From NCBI RefSeq assembly GCF_963921235.1, contig NC_086108.1:13888001-13952000 (forward strand): a DNA stretch of 64,000 bases, read 5' to 3'. A program made the position numbers and the translations under genes. This DNA comes from Mobula hypostoma. Taxonomy: Eukaryota. The notes beneath the pieces were generated by a model, which was given only the letters and a program-made list of their open reading frames with translations, had not been told where the DNA came from and did no database searches. Below, piece after piece: positions 12,321 to 25,005 of the stretch (its first letter is position 1; every line of letters starts with the position of its first letter).

Positions 12321-12439
12321 CTGTCTCTGTGCTATGCGACCCGGGCTAAATTCCAAATAATGAAGCGTGTGTCCATGATGCAGTGTAGTTTGGTAGTGGC
12401 TAACCCAAGGATCAAGATTAATGAGGGATCTCCATTGTC

Positions 12440-12960
12440 AAGGCTCCAGTACGTGCGGTGACTGACAGGAGGAGCAGCGGGGACTCACACGATCTCGGCA
12501 CGTGTCACGAAGTGGCATTCCGTTGCCATGGCTGCCAAGTCCTGCCACACATGCAAAGCGAAAGCTGCGAACAACAGAAAGCCTTGTCATGCGAATCTGA
12601 ACTTTCACCTTGTGTCTTTGTGCTGCCTAATAAAGAAGGTAAAACAATGAAGGAGCAGAGAAGCCACACAGCGCATTGCAGCAAATTAGCACCCAAGGTG
12701 TTTTCCATGGATACTGCTGGGGCCTCAGATGGGAAATCAAATTGTACACTTAACGCAGCTCGCCAAGCTGTTTCTTGATATTTCGCTTAGCCAGGGTGAG
12801 TCAGTCGGTGCAAGACTGAAGAAGCGCTGTTTTCTATGAGGGATTGTTTCTTGTACGGAATATTTCTGAGGGAGTGCAGCAATGCTGGAGAAGTGGAGCC
12901 GGGGTCTGTGGCACTGAGGGGAGAGGGGAGCCCGGAAGGAGTGCTGCACTACCGCAGAGA
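12440..12960. promoter_or_regulatory. CpG-enriched, TE-free promoter/first-intron-like island
   Basis: Visibly more CpGs than the flanks. E-box CACGTG 12499-12504, X-box-like GTTGCCATGGCTGC 12522-12535, AP-1 TGAGTCA 12797-12803, ETS CCGGAAG 12932-12938. It surrounds the signal-peptide exon. Confidence 0.45.
12609..12708 (-). CDS. Candidate first coding exon encoding a signal peptide: MENTLGANLLQCAVWLLCSFIVLPSLLGSTKTQ
   Basis: ATG in tccATGG context, a hydrophobic core followed by small residues, and donor CAAG|gtgaaa in phase 1 (33 codons + 1 nt). Lies in non-repetitive sequence. Confidence 0.55.
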
Positions 12961-12999
12961 TGCCAGAAGAGTCTCTGTAACTAAGGGTGGAATCAGAGC

Positions 13000-13575
13000 A
13001 TAACATATAACACAATACAAGCCCTTCGTCCCATGATGTGCCCATATTTTACTCTACTTAGGGATCAATCTAATTCTTCCCTCCCACATTGCTCATGATT
13101 TTTTTTATTATCTACGTGCCTATTTAAGAGTTTATTAAATGCCCCTAATATGTCTGCCTCTACCACCACCCCTGGCAGAGCATACCATGTGCTCACCACT
13201 CTCTGATTTAAAAAAACTACCTCTGGCATTCCCTCTATGTTTTCCCCCAATCAGCTTAAAATTATGTCCCGTCATATTTCCACTTCTGCCCTGGGAAAAA
13301 GTCTCTGTCTATCCACTCAATCCATGCCTCTTATCATCTTGTGCACCCTTATCAACTCACCTCTTATCCTCCTTCGCTCTGGAGAGTGAACCCCAGCTCA
13401 CTCATCTAAATCATTTTAAACAATCACAAAGAGCCGGGGTCCCAGAATAGATCCCTGAGGAAAACTACTCATCACTGACCTCCAGGAAAAATACACTTCA
13501 TTTACTACCACTCCTTGTCTTCTATGGGCAAGCCAATTCTGTATCCACACAGCCAAGATTCCCTGGATTCCATGC
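13000..13575 (-). mobile_element. CR1 fragments (3' end plus RT piece)
   Basis: FLNQRVVS.W.ALP.VVVEAD.LG.F.K.L..H (13065-13250). Confidence 0.75.
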
Positions 13576-13584
13576 TTGTCAGAA

Positions 13585-13840
13585 TGGGAATTAGGAAGTT
13601 CTGCATTTTAACTCCAATCCTAACTCTATCCCTGTTAAGGCAATGGGGTGAGGGTGAATGCCCGAGAAATGGAGGAGATGCGGGCGAGGGCAGCATCAGT
13701 GGTGGAGGGATGGAACCCCTGCTCTTTGAAGAACATCTCTGATGATTTGGGCAGGAAAGTTTCATTTTGGGACAGATGCATTAGAGACAAAGGAACTAGG
13801 AAAAGTATGTTACTTGGGATCTCCAACATCAGTAGAATCT
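13585..13840 (-). mobile_element. Degenerate PLE fragment
   Basis: SEM..FKEQGF..ST..AAL.RISSISR..LTP, which matches the PLE ORF at 1450-1600. Confidence 0.65.
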
Positions 13841-14256
13841 CTTGTGCTTCTGAAGCCCTGCCCCTTGCATCAGCTTTGCATTGTGAAGTGTATTAGGGGG
13901 TGCAGCACAAAGAGCTGAGCAGACCCAAAGACCAATGGATCATACACCTTTCTGGAGGGCTCCCTGCTGTGGCTGGAAATTGAGGCTTGAGCAGTTAGTT
14001 TCAGATTCACATCCGATAGAATAACTCTTGTGTGAAAGAAACTGCCAGAAATGTTCAGCAGCTTAGGCAGCATCTGGGCAAGGAGGGGTGGAATCAATGA
14101 GTCCTCTCTCAGCAGTGCCTCCTCCTTCACGGGAGGGCAGGGCCAGGAGCACTGTTCTCCTGCAGATCTATTGTCATGTGCACAGGTACAGTGAGAAACA
14201 GAAATACATAAATCATATGTGACAGTGAAGAAAAGTCTTTACAAAATGAGTAGTGC

Positions 14257-15346
14257 TCTGCTTTGCTGGGGGAGAAGCTGACAGCGATGCAGGTAGATGG
14301 TTCCCTGGTATCATGGATCCTTGATTACCTGACTGGCGGACCACAGTACATGTGCTTGCAACACTGTGTGTCCGACAGAGTGATCAGCAGCACTGGGGCT
14401 CCACAGGGGACTGTCTTGTCTCCCTTTCTCTTCACCATTTACACCTCGGACTTCAACTACTGCACAGAGTCTTATCATCTTCAGAAGTTTTCGGATGACT
14501 CTGCCATAGTTGGATGCATCAGCAAGGGAGATGAGGCTGAGTACAGGGCTACGGTAGGAAACTTTGTCACATGGTGTGAGCAGAAATATCTGCAGCTTAA
14601 TGTGAAAAAGACTAAGGAGCTGGTTGTAGACCTGAGGAGAGCTAAGGTACTGGTGACCCCTGTTTCCATCCAGGGGGTCAGTGTGGACATGGTGGAGGAT
14701 TACAAGTACCTGGGGATACGAATTGACAATAAACTGGACTGGTCAAAGAACACTGAGGCTGTCTACAAGAAGGGTCAGAGCCGTCTCTATTTCCTGAGGA
14801 GACTGAGATCCTTTAACATCTGCCAGACGATGCTGAGGATGTTCTACGAGTCTGTGGTGGCCAGTGCTATCATGTTTGCTGTTGTGTGTTGGGGCAGCAG
14901 GCTGAGGGTAGCAGACACCAACAGAATCAACAAGCTCATTCGTAAGGCCAGTGATGTTGTGGGGATGGAACTGGACTCTCTGACGGTGGTGTCTGAAAAG
15001 AGGATGCTGTCCAGGTTGCATGCCATCTTGGTCAATGTCTCCCATCCACTACATAATGTACTGGGTGGGCACAGGAGTACATTCAGCCAGAGACTCATTC
15101 CACCGAGATGCAACACAGAGCGTCATAGGAAGTCATTCCTGCCTGTGGCCATCAAACTTTTCAACTCCTCCCTTGGAGGGTCAGACACCCTGAGCCAATA
15201 GGCTGGTCCTGGACTTATTTCATAATTTACTGGCATAATTTACATATTACTATTTAACTATTTATGGTTCTATTACTATTTATTATTTATGGTGCAACTG
15301 TAACGAAAACCAATTTCTCCCGGGATCAATAAAGTATGACTATGAC
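14257..15346 (+). mobile_element. Young 5'-truncated Rex1/Babar LINE with uninterrupted RT C-terminal ORF (14263-15201)
   Basis: TGAPQGTVLSPFLF..YTSD, QKFSDD, LNVKKTKEL.VD and YKYLG motifs. AATAAA plus (TATGAC)n tail. TAGTGC direct repeat at 14251-14256 and 15347-15352. Inserted in an older minus-strand Rex1-like 3' end (about 14170-15680). Confidence 0.92.
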
Positions 15347-16899
15347 TAGTGCAATCACTGACAAGTCCATGGTACTGAAGGAGGTTCCTAGTGTTCCATT
15401 GTTGGGGTAGGGTTGGGGTTGTGCAGGCTCATTTGAGACCCTGATGTGTGTAGGAAAGTCGCTGTTTGTGAATTTGGTGGTGTGGGACTTGGGGGTCCTG
15501 CCTGGCGCTTTCAACGAGAAGAGGACATGACTGAGAATGTGGGTATCCTTGATGATAGGTTCTTGGGGTAGTACCTCCTGTGGTGGAAAGGGCTGTGCCC
15601 ATGGTGATGACTCGCTGCAGCATACCGTATGGGGCATTGCCAGGTTTTTGTGTTTGTTAATTTCCAATGATGCATCGTTACACACACAGGCCTGACTTGT
15701 TTCTGCAATTATCTACATTAGGACTGAATCCTTCTTAGCCTTGCTTATTCCGATGCCTGTCCAAGAATCTCTTAAACATCATGATTTTATTAATTCCAAC
15801 ACTTCGCCAGGCAGCATGTTCCAGCTATCACCCACTTTGTGTTTAAAAAAAATTATCCCTTAAATACTCTTTTCAGCTCTTTCCTCTCACCTTAAACCCT
15901 CTCTTTTTGTTTTTAATACCTCTAGAGTGGGGAAATGACTGACTATCGACCCTATGTCTGCCTCTTATAACTCGATATACTTCTGTCAGGTCATGCCTCG
16001 ACCTCCTTCACTCCAGTGAAGTCTCTCCCCAAACCTGAGGTGCTCCAATTCAGAAAATATCCTGATAAATCTTCTCCACACTCTCTGCATGTAAGCCTGT
16101 GAGCAAAGTGTGTCCATGGGCTCCTGTCAATGTTTGCATATTTCATATTTTCCCTATTTCTCCTTCTGACAGAGAAGGAAGCCATTCGGCCCATCAGGTC
16201 TATCTTAGAGAAATCCTATTCCTCCACTAATTCTGCAATGAACCTATTCTCCCCAGGTTCCCATCAACTGCTCCATCTCTGGATTCTTGCCCTCACCCAC
16301 ATACTAGGGGCAAATTACAGCAAGCCAATCAACCTTTGCGATGTGAGAGAAAGCTTGAGCACCCAAATGAAAGCAAACTCCATACTCACCCTTCTGGCTC
16401 CCCCCCAGAACCACTCTAAATCTCTTATCCCTTACCCTAAATCTCAGCCCTCTGGTTCTATCAATCACTTTCCTACCTATATCCTATCTATACCCCTTAA
16501 AATCTTCCGTAACTCAATCATGACTCCTCTTAACCGCCTTCACTCCAGGTAAAACAGATGCAGCCTCTCCAGTCTCTCCTCGTAACTGAAATGCTCCTGG
16601 TGAATCACTTCTGCACCCTCTCCATCACCATCACAGACTTTCTTCAGTGTGGTGTCCAGAACTGCTTACACTACTCCAGCCAAGGTCTGGCCAATGTTCT
16701 ATAAAGTTGGAGTGTAGAGTGTAGACCTCAGTGGTCTTGTTTTCAATATCCCATCTAACGAAGGCCAGTATCCCATGTGCAGTCTTAATCATGTAATTTA
16801 TCTCCACTGCTAGCTTTGTATGTACACTGACGTCTGTCTGGGAGCCTGCCATTCATAGTATATGTCCTAGTTTCATTAGTACTCATAAAATACACCACA

Positions 16900-17930
16900 G
16901 GACCATAGTGGTTAGCACGATGCTGTTACAGCACGGTGGGTTTCGGAGTTTGGAGTTCAATTCTGGTGCTGTTCTGTAAGGAGTCAAAGGTCAAAGTTCA
17001 AAGTATATTTATTATCCAAGTACGAGTAAATTATACAGCCTTGAGGTTCGTCTACTTACAAGCAGCCACAAAACAAGAAACCCAAAAGAACCCATTAAAA
17101 AATGACTAACAAACATCCAAGGAGCAGTAGAACAAAACAGAGCTCACAGCCACAAAGGCCCACGCAGCCGCAGCAGGTCGCAGCCTCAGCTTTCGTGCTG
17201 TGGAGAGCAGAGTAAAGGTCGCAGAGCAGTGAGCTGACCCTCACCTCTGGTCCTGACACCTGGCCTTTTCAATCCACCCATTAAGTTGTCCAAGCACTGG
17301 GTCGTCCCTCGTGCTAGGACCTGGGCCCTGTCGCATCAACACACTCTGGGCCTGAACCCCACTGCCATGTTTCAGACCACACCCAAACTTTCCAAATTGG
17401 CCTGATGGATCCCATCTCTCTCCCTCTCTGTCTCGATTTAGGTGGGTGAGCTCCAAAACTCCTCCACTCTGACTCTTCTCCGCTTTGCATGCACCAAGCC
17501 CATCTCGACCATGTCTGGACCTTGCCCCGAACACTTCACCTCCAACATGCCATGACTTCTCTCTGACTTTGCATCACACCCTGGCACCTCAACCCTCGAG
17601 TCAGCCTTGCCTTTGCTCACCTCTTCATTGCTTGCGGTGATCGTTTACCACAAGTTTCCACAGAAAATGTGCTATTAATGAAGTATTTAGTTGTGCGTTT
17701 TGCTTTATGAACCTCCAGTAAGCTGTTGTCTGTCTGTATGTCCTCACTGTAGAATACATGGGTTTTCCCCAGTTCTCCAGTTTCCTCCCACAAGATGTAC
17801 CAGGTAGGTTAACCGGTTATTGTAAATTGTCCTGTGATTGGGCTAGGGTTAATCAGGGTTGTGGGTTTGCTGTGCGGTGTGCCTCAAAGGGCCGAGTGAG
17901 CCTACTCCACACTGTATCACTAAATAAATA
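16900..17930 (+). mobile_element. V-SINE (tRNA head 16900-16985, body and tail 17731-17930) split by an insertion of about 745 bp
   Basis: tagtggttagc A-box and ggagttcaattc B-box. V-domain gggttttcccc...gtttcctcccaca. CR1-like tail aagggccg..gcct..cactgtat..taaataaata. Confidence 0.7.
16986..17730 (-). mobile_element. Non-autonomous non-coding retroelement with a Rex1/L2-like tail
   Basis: Minus strand ends ...gataataaatatactttgaactttgacc. Its 5' part is homologous to 38280-38410. Confidence 0.6.
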
Positions 17931-19499
17931 CATTACCTCTCATTTATCAGGATTAAACTCTATCTGCTATTACTCAGCTCACTTCACGGACTTTCATACT
18001 GTGACCTGACACTATCAACAACTCCACCAATCTTCACGTGTCACTGGTCGTGCCTCCTATATCCACATTATACACACAGCACCAGCCCCTGTGAAACACC
18101 ACTAGTCACAAATATCCAATTACAAAATCAAATCGTCACTTCATTCCCTGTCTCCTGTTGCCAAGCCAGTTTCAGATCCAATTTACCGAACTGCTATGGA
18201 TCGCCATGAGCCCTCATTGCTAGGACTGGTCTTGCTAGAGGGACTTAGTCAAAGGCTTTACCGAGGTTTATGTAAATCACATCTGCTACACCCCCCTCAT
18301 TGACATGACTGTTACCTCAAAAACCTCAGTCAGATTGGTCAGACGCTATCAGAGTCAGTCATCTCCTTTCCAAGTGATCATTAATAGTTTGACCCACTGT
18401 GCCCTGCACCAGATGACCTTGGGGCTCTAGAATGAATGCTGTTTTACTTTCATCTTTATCCTTAGTTGTCAGACGCCCCGCCCCCTGGGACTCTTCATTA
18501 CCACTCCCATTTACTCCATCGGCTCGAGCACTGTTCCACATGCCTTGCCCTCATTGGGATTAAATTCTACCTGCAAATGCTTTTTTATATCCCTCACTTT
18601 TGAGTGTCAGACAACTACTGCCCTTAATCTGAAACGGTCCCGAATTGGAGGAAAGCTAATTCCGAAATGAGAAGTTAGGATGTGGAAAAAAATTGATTTT
18701 GACCAGCTACGTGCAGACAAATCTATGTTGGACAACTTGGAGTTTGTTAAAAGTGGAAGTTCAGAGCTAACATGCTCCTGTGAGGGTTATAGATAAGGAC
18801 AATAATTCACACAATCCTGGATGTCAAGGAACGCCGAGGACTGTGGAACGGGGGATAGTGGAGTCCAGGTGAGGGAGGTGGGATGGAAGGTAATGATGTG
18901 AGAAGCTAGGTGATAGATGGAAGAGGTAAAAGGCTGAAGAAGAAAGAATCCAGTAAGTTAGGACAGTGGACCATGAAGTAAAGGGAAGGAGGGGCGTAAC
19001 TAAAGGTAGGTATCACTCTGCACTGCCTGACCCACTTTAACAATGCAAAAGGGCAGAAATACTGTAAGAGTTCAGCTGATCAAACAGTATTTGTGGGGGG
19101 AGAAACTAATCCGACATTTCAGGGCACCCTGTCACAGAACAGAGGGATGGCAGAGGGCTTACAGTTTTGAAAGCACATCTCGGGGTGCGGACGGGTCAGT
19201 GAGGTTTTGGCCAGCAAGCAATTAGGATCTACAAAGCAGCAAATTGAAATGAGACTAGCACTGTGGAAACAGACAAACCAAATATTTGCTCTTGCCAAAT
19301 ATTTGAAGGAATAGAGACTGCCATTTTGTGAGACTCTTTTTGAAGCCACCACTCCTGTGAAACCGTGAACCAGTTTTTGATCAGGGATGTGCTGATCCGA
19401 GTAATTGAAAGTGGATACGGCAAGGTCCCCGTTGATGAGTTACAAAAACTGAGATAATTTCCAAATAATAAGCTGTTTATTTGGTTTGGTAGAAATGAA

Positions 19500-21200
19500 C
19501 TGGAATTGGTTTATTATTGTCACATGTACTGAGGCACAGTGAAAAGATAGTTTTGCATACTTTTCAGAGAGATCAGTACATTTTGAAATAGATCAAGGTA
19601 AAATGACAAAGCAAATAAAGTGCAGTCCTGGTGAACAATAAGATGCAAGATCATAATGAGGTAGACCGTGAGGTCAACTGTCCATCTTATCCTCACATTT
19701 TTGCATCTTCTGCATGATGTAAGACGGGAGAAAAGAAAATGTCCAGGGTGTGTGTGAGTTCTTTGCTGGCTGCCTTACTACAGCGAGAAGTAGAAACAGA
19801 ATCTATGAATGAGAGTGCAAACACAAGGAAACCTGCAGATGCTGGAAATTCAAGCAACACACATAAAAGTTGCTGGTGAACGCAGCAGGCCAGGCAGCAT
19901 TTCTTGGAAGAGGTACAGTCGACGTTTCGGGCTGAGACCCTTTGTCAGGACTAACTGAAAGAAGAGCTAGTAGGAGATTTGAAAGTGGGGAGTGGGGAGA
20001 TCTGAAATGATAGGAGAAGACAGGAGGGGGAGGGATGGAGCCAAGAGCTGGACAGGTGATAGGCAAAAGGGATATGAGAGGATCATGGGACAGGAGGCCT
20101 AGGGAGAAAGAAAGGGGGAGGAGGGAAGCCCAGAGGATGGGCAAGGAGTATAGTGAGAGAGACAGAGGGAGAAAAAGGAAAGAGAGAAAAAGAATGTGTA
20201 TATATAAATAAATAAATAACGGATGGGTACAAGGGGGAGGTGGGGCATTAGTGGAAGTTTGAGAAGTCAATGTTGGAGGCTACCTAGACGGAATATAAGG
20301 TGTTGTTCCTCCAACCTGAGTGTGGCCTATGAATGAGAGGTTGGTTTCTATGATGTGTTGAGCTGCATTAGCAAGTCCTAGATTTCTAGATTCCAACATC
20401 ATTATTTGAGATATGGCTCATTACACTGGTATCATTTGCAGTTTTCTGTGATCTCGTATAGAGCCGCTGACATTCCAAGCCATAATGCAACAAACTAGGA
20501 TGCTTTCTCTGGTGGATTAATAAAGATTGGTAAGGGTCAACTGGGACACCGCAAACATCTTCAGCTTCCTGAAGAAGCAGAGGCATTGATGAGCTTTCTT
20601 GGCCATGGCGTCTGCCTGCTTGGACCAGGACAGGTTATACTGCTGTTATTTGCATGTTGCTCTCAATGCTCTCAACCTCTGCATCATTGAGAAGGCAGGA
20701 GCACCTGTACTGCCTCCATCCTGAAGTCAACAATGAGTACTTCTGTTTCGCTGACACTGAAGGAAATGTTGTTGTCATGACACCATGTTACTAAGTTCTC
20801 CATCTCCTTCCTTGATTCCAACATCATTATTTGCGATATGGCTCATTACACTGGTATCATTTGCAATTTTGTAGATGAATTTGGAGCAGAATCTGACAAG
20901 GCAGTCGTGGGTGTATAGGGAGTAGAGTAGGGGGCTGAAGACGCAGTCTTGTGGGACACTAGTTTTGAGGATCATTGTAACAGTGGTGTTGAAGGCTATT
21001 CTTACTGATAGTGGTCTGTTGGTCATGATGTTAGCAAACCAATTACAGATGAAGGCATTGACTCCCAGGATACAGAAATTGGTGATGAGTTTGTTTGGAA
21101 TGATAGTAAGGCAGAGCTGTAGTCAATAAACTATCACCCGACAGAGGTGACTTTACTGTGCAGAATCTCCAGAGGTGGGTGTAGAGCCAGGCTTGTGTGT
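19500..21200 (-). mobile_element. Old Rex1/Babar-like LINE, interrupted by a PLE
   Basis: RP.SVRI...TM..KT.VPQ.C..SPLLYSLYTHDC...IYK.AND (20775-21026). Tail ggaattggtttattattgtcac at about 19500. Confidence 0.75.
19816..20326 (-). mobile_element. PLE pLTR/3' fragment with 13-bp TSD and hammerhead motif (19917-19953)
   Basis: CTATGAATGAGAG at 19803-19815 and 20327-20339. Minus strand reads agtc-CTGACAA-agggtctcagccc-GAAACGTC-gact. Confidence 0.85.
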
Positions 21201-21319
21201 GCCTTGAGGTAATCCTAGTCCAGTGTTTGGCTAACCTGGCTAAAATGGTTCAAACTGGTGCACTTCAGGGAGAACAAAGTAAGTTAAATGGAGCACAAAT
21301 ATGGGGGAAGATGCATAAA

Positions 21320-22385
21320 GATATATTGCTCCCCTGTTTTCAAAGAACAGCATTTCTCTTCCACCCCCGTTGATGCTATACTTACCCACATCTTCATTTC
21401 CTGTGCACCTGCCCTCACCCCATCCTCCAACTATCATAACAGGGATGGGGTTCCTGCTCTCTTTTCTTCCTATCCCAGTACCATTCTCTGCAAATTTCGC
21501 CATCTCCAATGAGTTCCAACCATTAAGCACACTTTTCTTACCTTCCCTATCTCTGCTTTCCATTTGGATTGCTCTCTACGTGACTCACTTGTCACTCACC
21601 CCTCCTCACTGTTCTCCCTCCCAGTATTTATCCCTGCAAGTGTGACAAATGTCCCAAATGGCCCAGCATCTCCTCTCTCACCACCATTCAGGGCCCCAAA
21701 TAGTCCTTTCGGGTGAGGCAACACTTCAACTGTGAGTCTTTCAGGGCAATCTACTGTATCCAGTGCACCTAATGCGGCCTCCTCTACATCGATGAGACCT
21801 GACGTAAATTGGGTCCTCTTTATTGAGCATTTTTGCTCTGTCCACTGCAAAAGGCAGCATCTTATTAAAGAGGCTCCCCATTTTAATTTTACTTCCCATT
21901 GCCATTCTGACAGGGTTGTCCATGGCTCCCACGACTGCCAATGGGAGGCCAAACTCAAGTTGTAGGAACAACACCTCATATTGTATCTGGGTAGCCTCTA
22001 ACCTGATGGCATGGACATCAATTGCTAGAACTTCTGCAAATTTTTCCCTCCTCCCTCTTTCTCTTTCTCCATTATCCATTCTGCCCCTTCGCCTCAGTTG
22101 CCCATCACCTCCCATTGGCCCACTTCCCCTCTTCCCTTTGTTTCATGGTCCATTGTCTTCTGCTATTCAATTTCTTCTTCTTCTCTAGCTGTTTACTTCT
22201 TTCACCTATCCTCTCCCAGCTCCTTCATTCCCCCTCACCTGGTCTCAACCAGCACCGCCAGTTTGAACTTCTCCTCCCCCCACTTTCTTATTGTGGTTTC
22301 TGTCTCTTCCTTTCCAGTCCTGATGAAGGGTCTCAGCCCAAAATGTTGACTGTTTTCTCCCCTCCATCTCAGACGCCGCCTGACT
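21320..22385 (+). mobile_element. Degenerate PLE (GIY-YIG region plus pLTR, hammerhead remnant 22315-22352)
   Basis: Collinear homology to 1480-2530, and cagtc-CTGATGA-agggtctcagccc-aaaatgtt-gactg. Confidence 0.85.
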
Positions 22386-22419
22386 CCATCGTTTTAAATG
22401 GTGTTGCATCACATACTGT

Positions 22420-22985
22420 ACATGAGAATCGGTGTTTCACCTGGAAAGTCTGTTTTGGTCTGTGGATGATGAATATTCGGGTGTTACATCTCTGGTTACA
22501 TGGGAAGGTGCTGTGATAGTGGGGCGTAATGAAGTGATTGGTTTCTTTGAAACATGGTAGGGTAGAGAGGGGGAAATGTGACCGGTGGTGGAACCATGCT
22601 GGAGCCGGTGGAAAATAAGATAATTCATCGAATGTGAAGGCTAGTGGGCTGGAAGTTGGGGATGAGGGGAGCTCTTTGTCCTATCCCGGGGCAAAAAGTT
22701 TGACAGTCAAAAAGCAGAAAATGGAGAAAAATGCTGTTGATAGCTTCACCATCATGGCAGAGAGGAAGCTATTCTTGAGGAAGACGGAGGTGTTTCAAAG
22801 GCACCACAATAGATATTCTCATGTCTGGAACAAATGCAATGGCAACCCTGAGGCTTGCCGGGGGGGCTACAGAGACAAGAAACTGGGGAAAAGAAATGGC
22901 CTCCTTATGGGAGGCAGGCTGAGAGGATGCTTGCTCAGGCAGTCTGAGGGCCTTGTAGCCAGACATCTCCTGAGATGGAGACAGA
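22420..22985 (-). mobile_element. Old PLE fragment
   Basis: Weak reverse-complement similarity to the PLE ORF (IFHRLQH..TT.HI.PS.P). Confidence 0.5.
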
Positions 22986-23079
22986 TATTTAGTAAAGGAA
23001 GTGTTAGAGGTGGATCATGTAAATGTGACAGAAGGATGCCCAGACAGAAATGTTGTTCTTCTAGTTTGCGTTGGATCTC

Positions 23080-24330
23080 AACATATTTTTTACACAGAGT
23101 GGTAGCTGCCTGGAATAGGCTGCCATGGGTGATATTGGATGGAAATCGATAGATCTGTTTAAGAAGCAAGCACTGAGATTTAATTTAATTTAACATCTCT
23201 TCTTGACAGACTCAGTGGATTGAAGGGTCTGTTCCTACCCTATACTCTTCTCTGTTCAATGTTCTATCCAGCTTCTGCTTATAGCTACAGCTCTCCATTC
23301 TAGACAACATCTTTGTGAATCTCTGCAGCTCTCTCTATTGCTACCACACAGCTCCTCTAATGTGGTGACCAGAACAGTACACAGTACTCAAAGTGCAGTG
23401 TTAGTAATATTCTGTATAACAGCAATATGACAACCCAACTCATACTCAGTGCCTCAGTTTAGCCACCCTATTATTTTCAAAACTTCTAAAGAATCTCAGG
23501 ATTTTTATTAATTCTCCCTGCCAGATCCATCTCGCACCCACTTTTGCCCTCCAGATTTCCCCTCTTAAGAGCCTTCACAGTCCTTCTGAATCCTCAACAA
23601 TTCTCCTACCTCTGATATAAGGCTCGCTGACCTCTAATTTCCAACTTCTCCTTACTGCCCTTATTGAACAAGATGAGAACATCAGCTATCTTCCAGGTTT
23701 CTGGTACCTTACCTGTAGTTAACAATGATGCAAATATTACTTCAGGGGCCCAGCAATCTCCTCTCTTAACATCCTGGGATGGATGCCAACAGATTCTGGG
23801 GATTATCTACCCAAATATATTCCAATAACTCTAACACTTCCTCCTTCCTAATCAACCTAACCTCCCAGTCTCTACAACCTTCTCCCTGATGAATACTGAT
23901 AATTATTCAAATTCCTGACACCACACATTTCTCTGGTTCCTGAAGGGCTCTATTCCCTTCTCCACTACACTCTTGCTTATAATGTGCTTAGAAAAAGTGT
24001 TAGGATTCCCCTTAATCTTACTTGCCAAGTTAATTTCATGCCCCCTTTTTGCCCTTTTAATTTCTCTGATCTCTCCTGCATGCATTGTAAACCACAAATA
24101 ACATTTCCTTCTCTTGACATGTGCTCCCTTCTTCTCCTACCACCTTCAATATCCTCCGTTAACCAAGGTTCCCTAAACTTATCATTTCTGTCTCTCTCCC
24201 CTACAGGGAGAAGCTGCCTCTGAACTCTTACTTTCTTGCTTTTAAACACCCACTTATCAGATGTTGTTTTCCCCTCTCGCAGCTGTTCCCAACCTACCTC
24301 ACGCAGATCCGGGAGAAACCCTTTCACGTC
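23080..24330. mobile_element. Old CR1 fragments (plus-strand 3' end 23080-23250; minus-strand 23280-24330)
   Basis: FLHRVVAAWN.LP, and EIKRAKRGHE..LASKIK.NP..F..I.SK. Confidence 0.7.
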
Positions 24331-24650
24331 TTTCTCACATTACTCATGACATAGGAGGAGAGTACTTCGTCCATCATGACTATGCCAGCTTCAATTCCTT
24401 CTGATTCTTTCACTGCCCACCTAACAACGTGCATGGTTGGTAATACCAGGGCACCCAGGGAAATCATACGGTCACAGGGATAACATAGAGAGAACGGATT
24501 GAAGCAGTGAGGCAGGGCTCTACCCTTTGTCGCATACTACTACTCCCCCTCTAGTCCTTGGTGGGTTTGTGGAACAAGCTGCCAGAGGAAGTGATGTTAT
24601 GCAAAGACATCTAGACAGGTACAAGGACAAGAAAGGTTTGGAGGGATAAG

Positions 24651-25005
24651 GGGCTCGTCAGCTGTGGATGGCAGCTCATCTTGAAGAAGGAAAACTCTGA
24701 TCTCAATCTTGAGCTGCCTTAGTGTCTATACCCACTCATGAGGAAAGTTCGGGAGTAAACCCCAAGGAAAACTCCGGAACTGGAGTCCCTCAGGCAGTCT
24801 TACACTGTGTTCAGTCCTGACTGGCAACTCTGGTACCAAACTGTATCGGTCTGTGCCGTTCCTGTGGGTTCATCAGATGCGAGGAGAGGGGGAGCTTGCT
24901 ATACGGGCCATAGCTCGCTCTCTATATCGTACTACCCGGGCTTGCGTATCTGGACAGCCAGGGTGCAACATCCAATGGAGGCATCAGACAGACAGGAGGG
25001 ATGCA
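24651..25005 (+). mobile_element. RTE-related non-autonomous short element, inserted in a CR1 3' end
   Basis: ggcagctcatcttgaagaaggaaaactctgatctcaa resembles the conserved 5'-UTR motif of RTE-clade LINEs. No ORF. CR1 tail sequence on both sides. Confidence 0.5.

Larger units (their letters stand above)
15700..18350 (-). mobile_element. Old CR1 fragments (15700-16090, 16400-16870, 17930-18350) interleaved with SINE-like insertions
   Basis: Reverse-complement CR1 3' ORF2 signatures (ttccagctatcacccact, cttcactccag, tactccagc, ttaaactctatctgc, ttagtcaaaggc). Confidence 0.6.
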
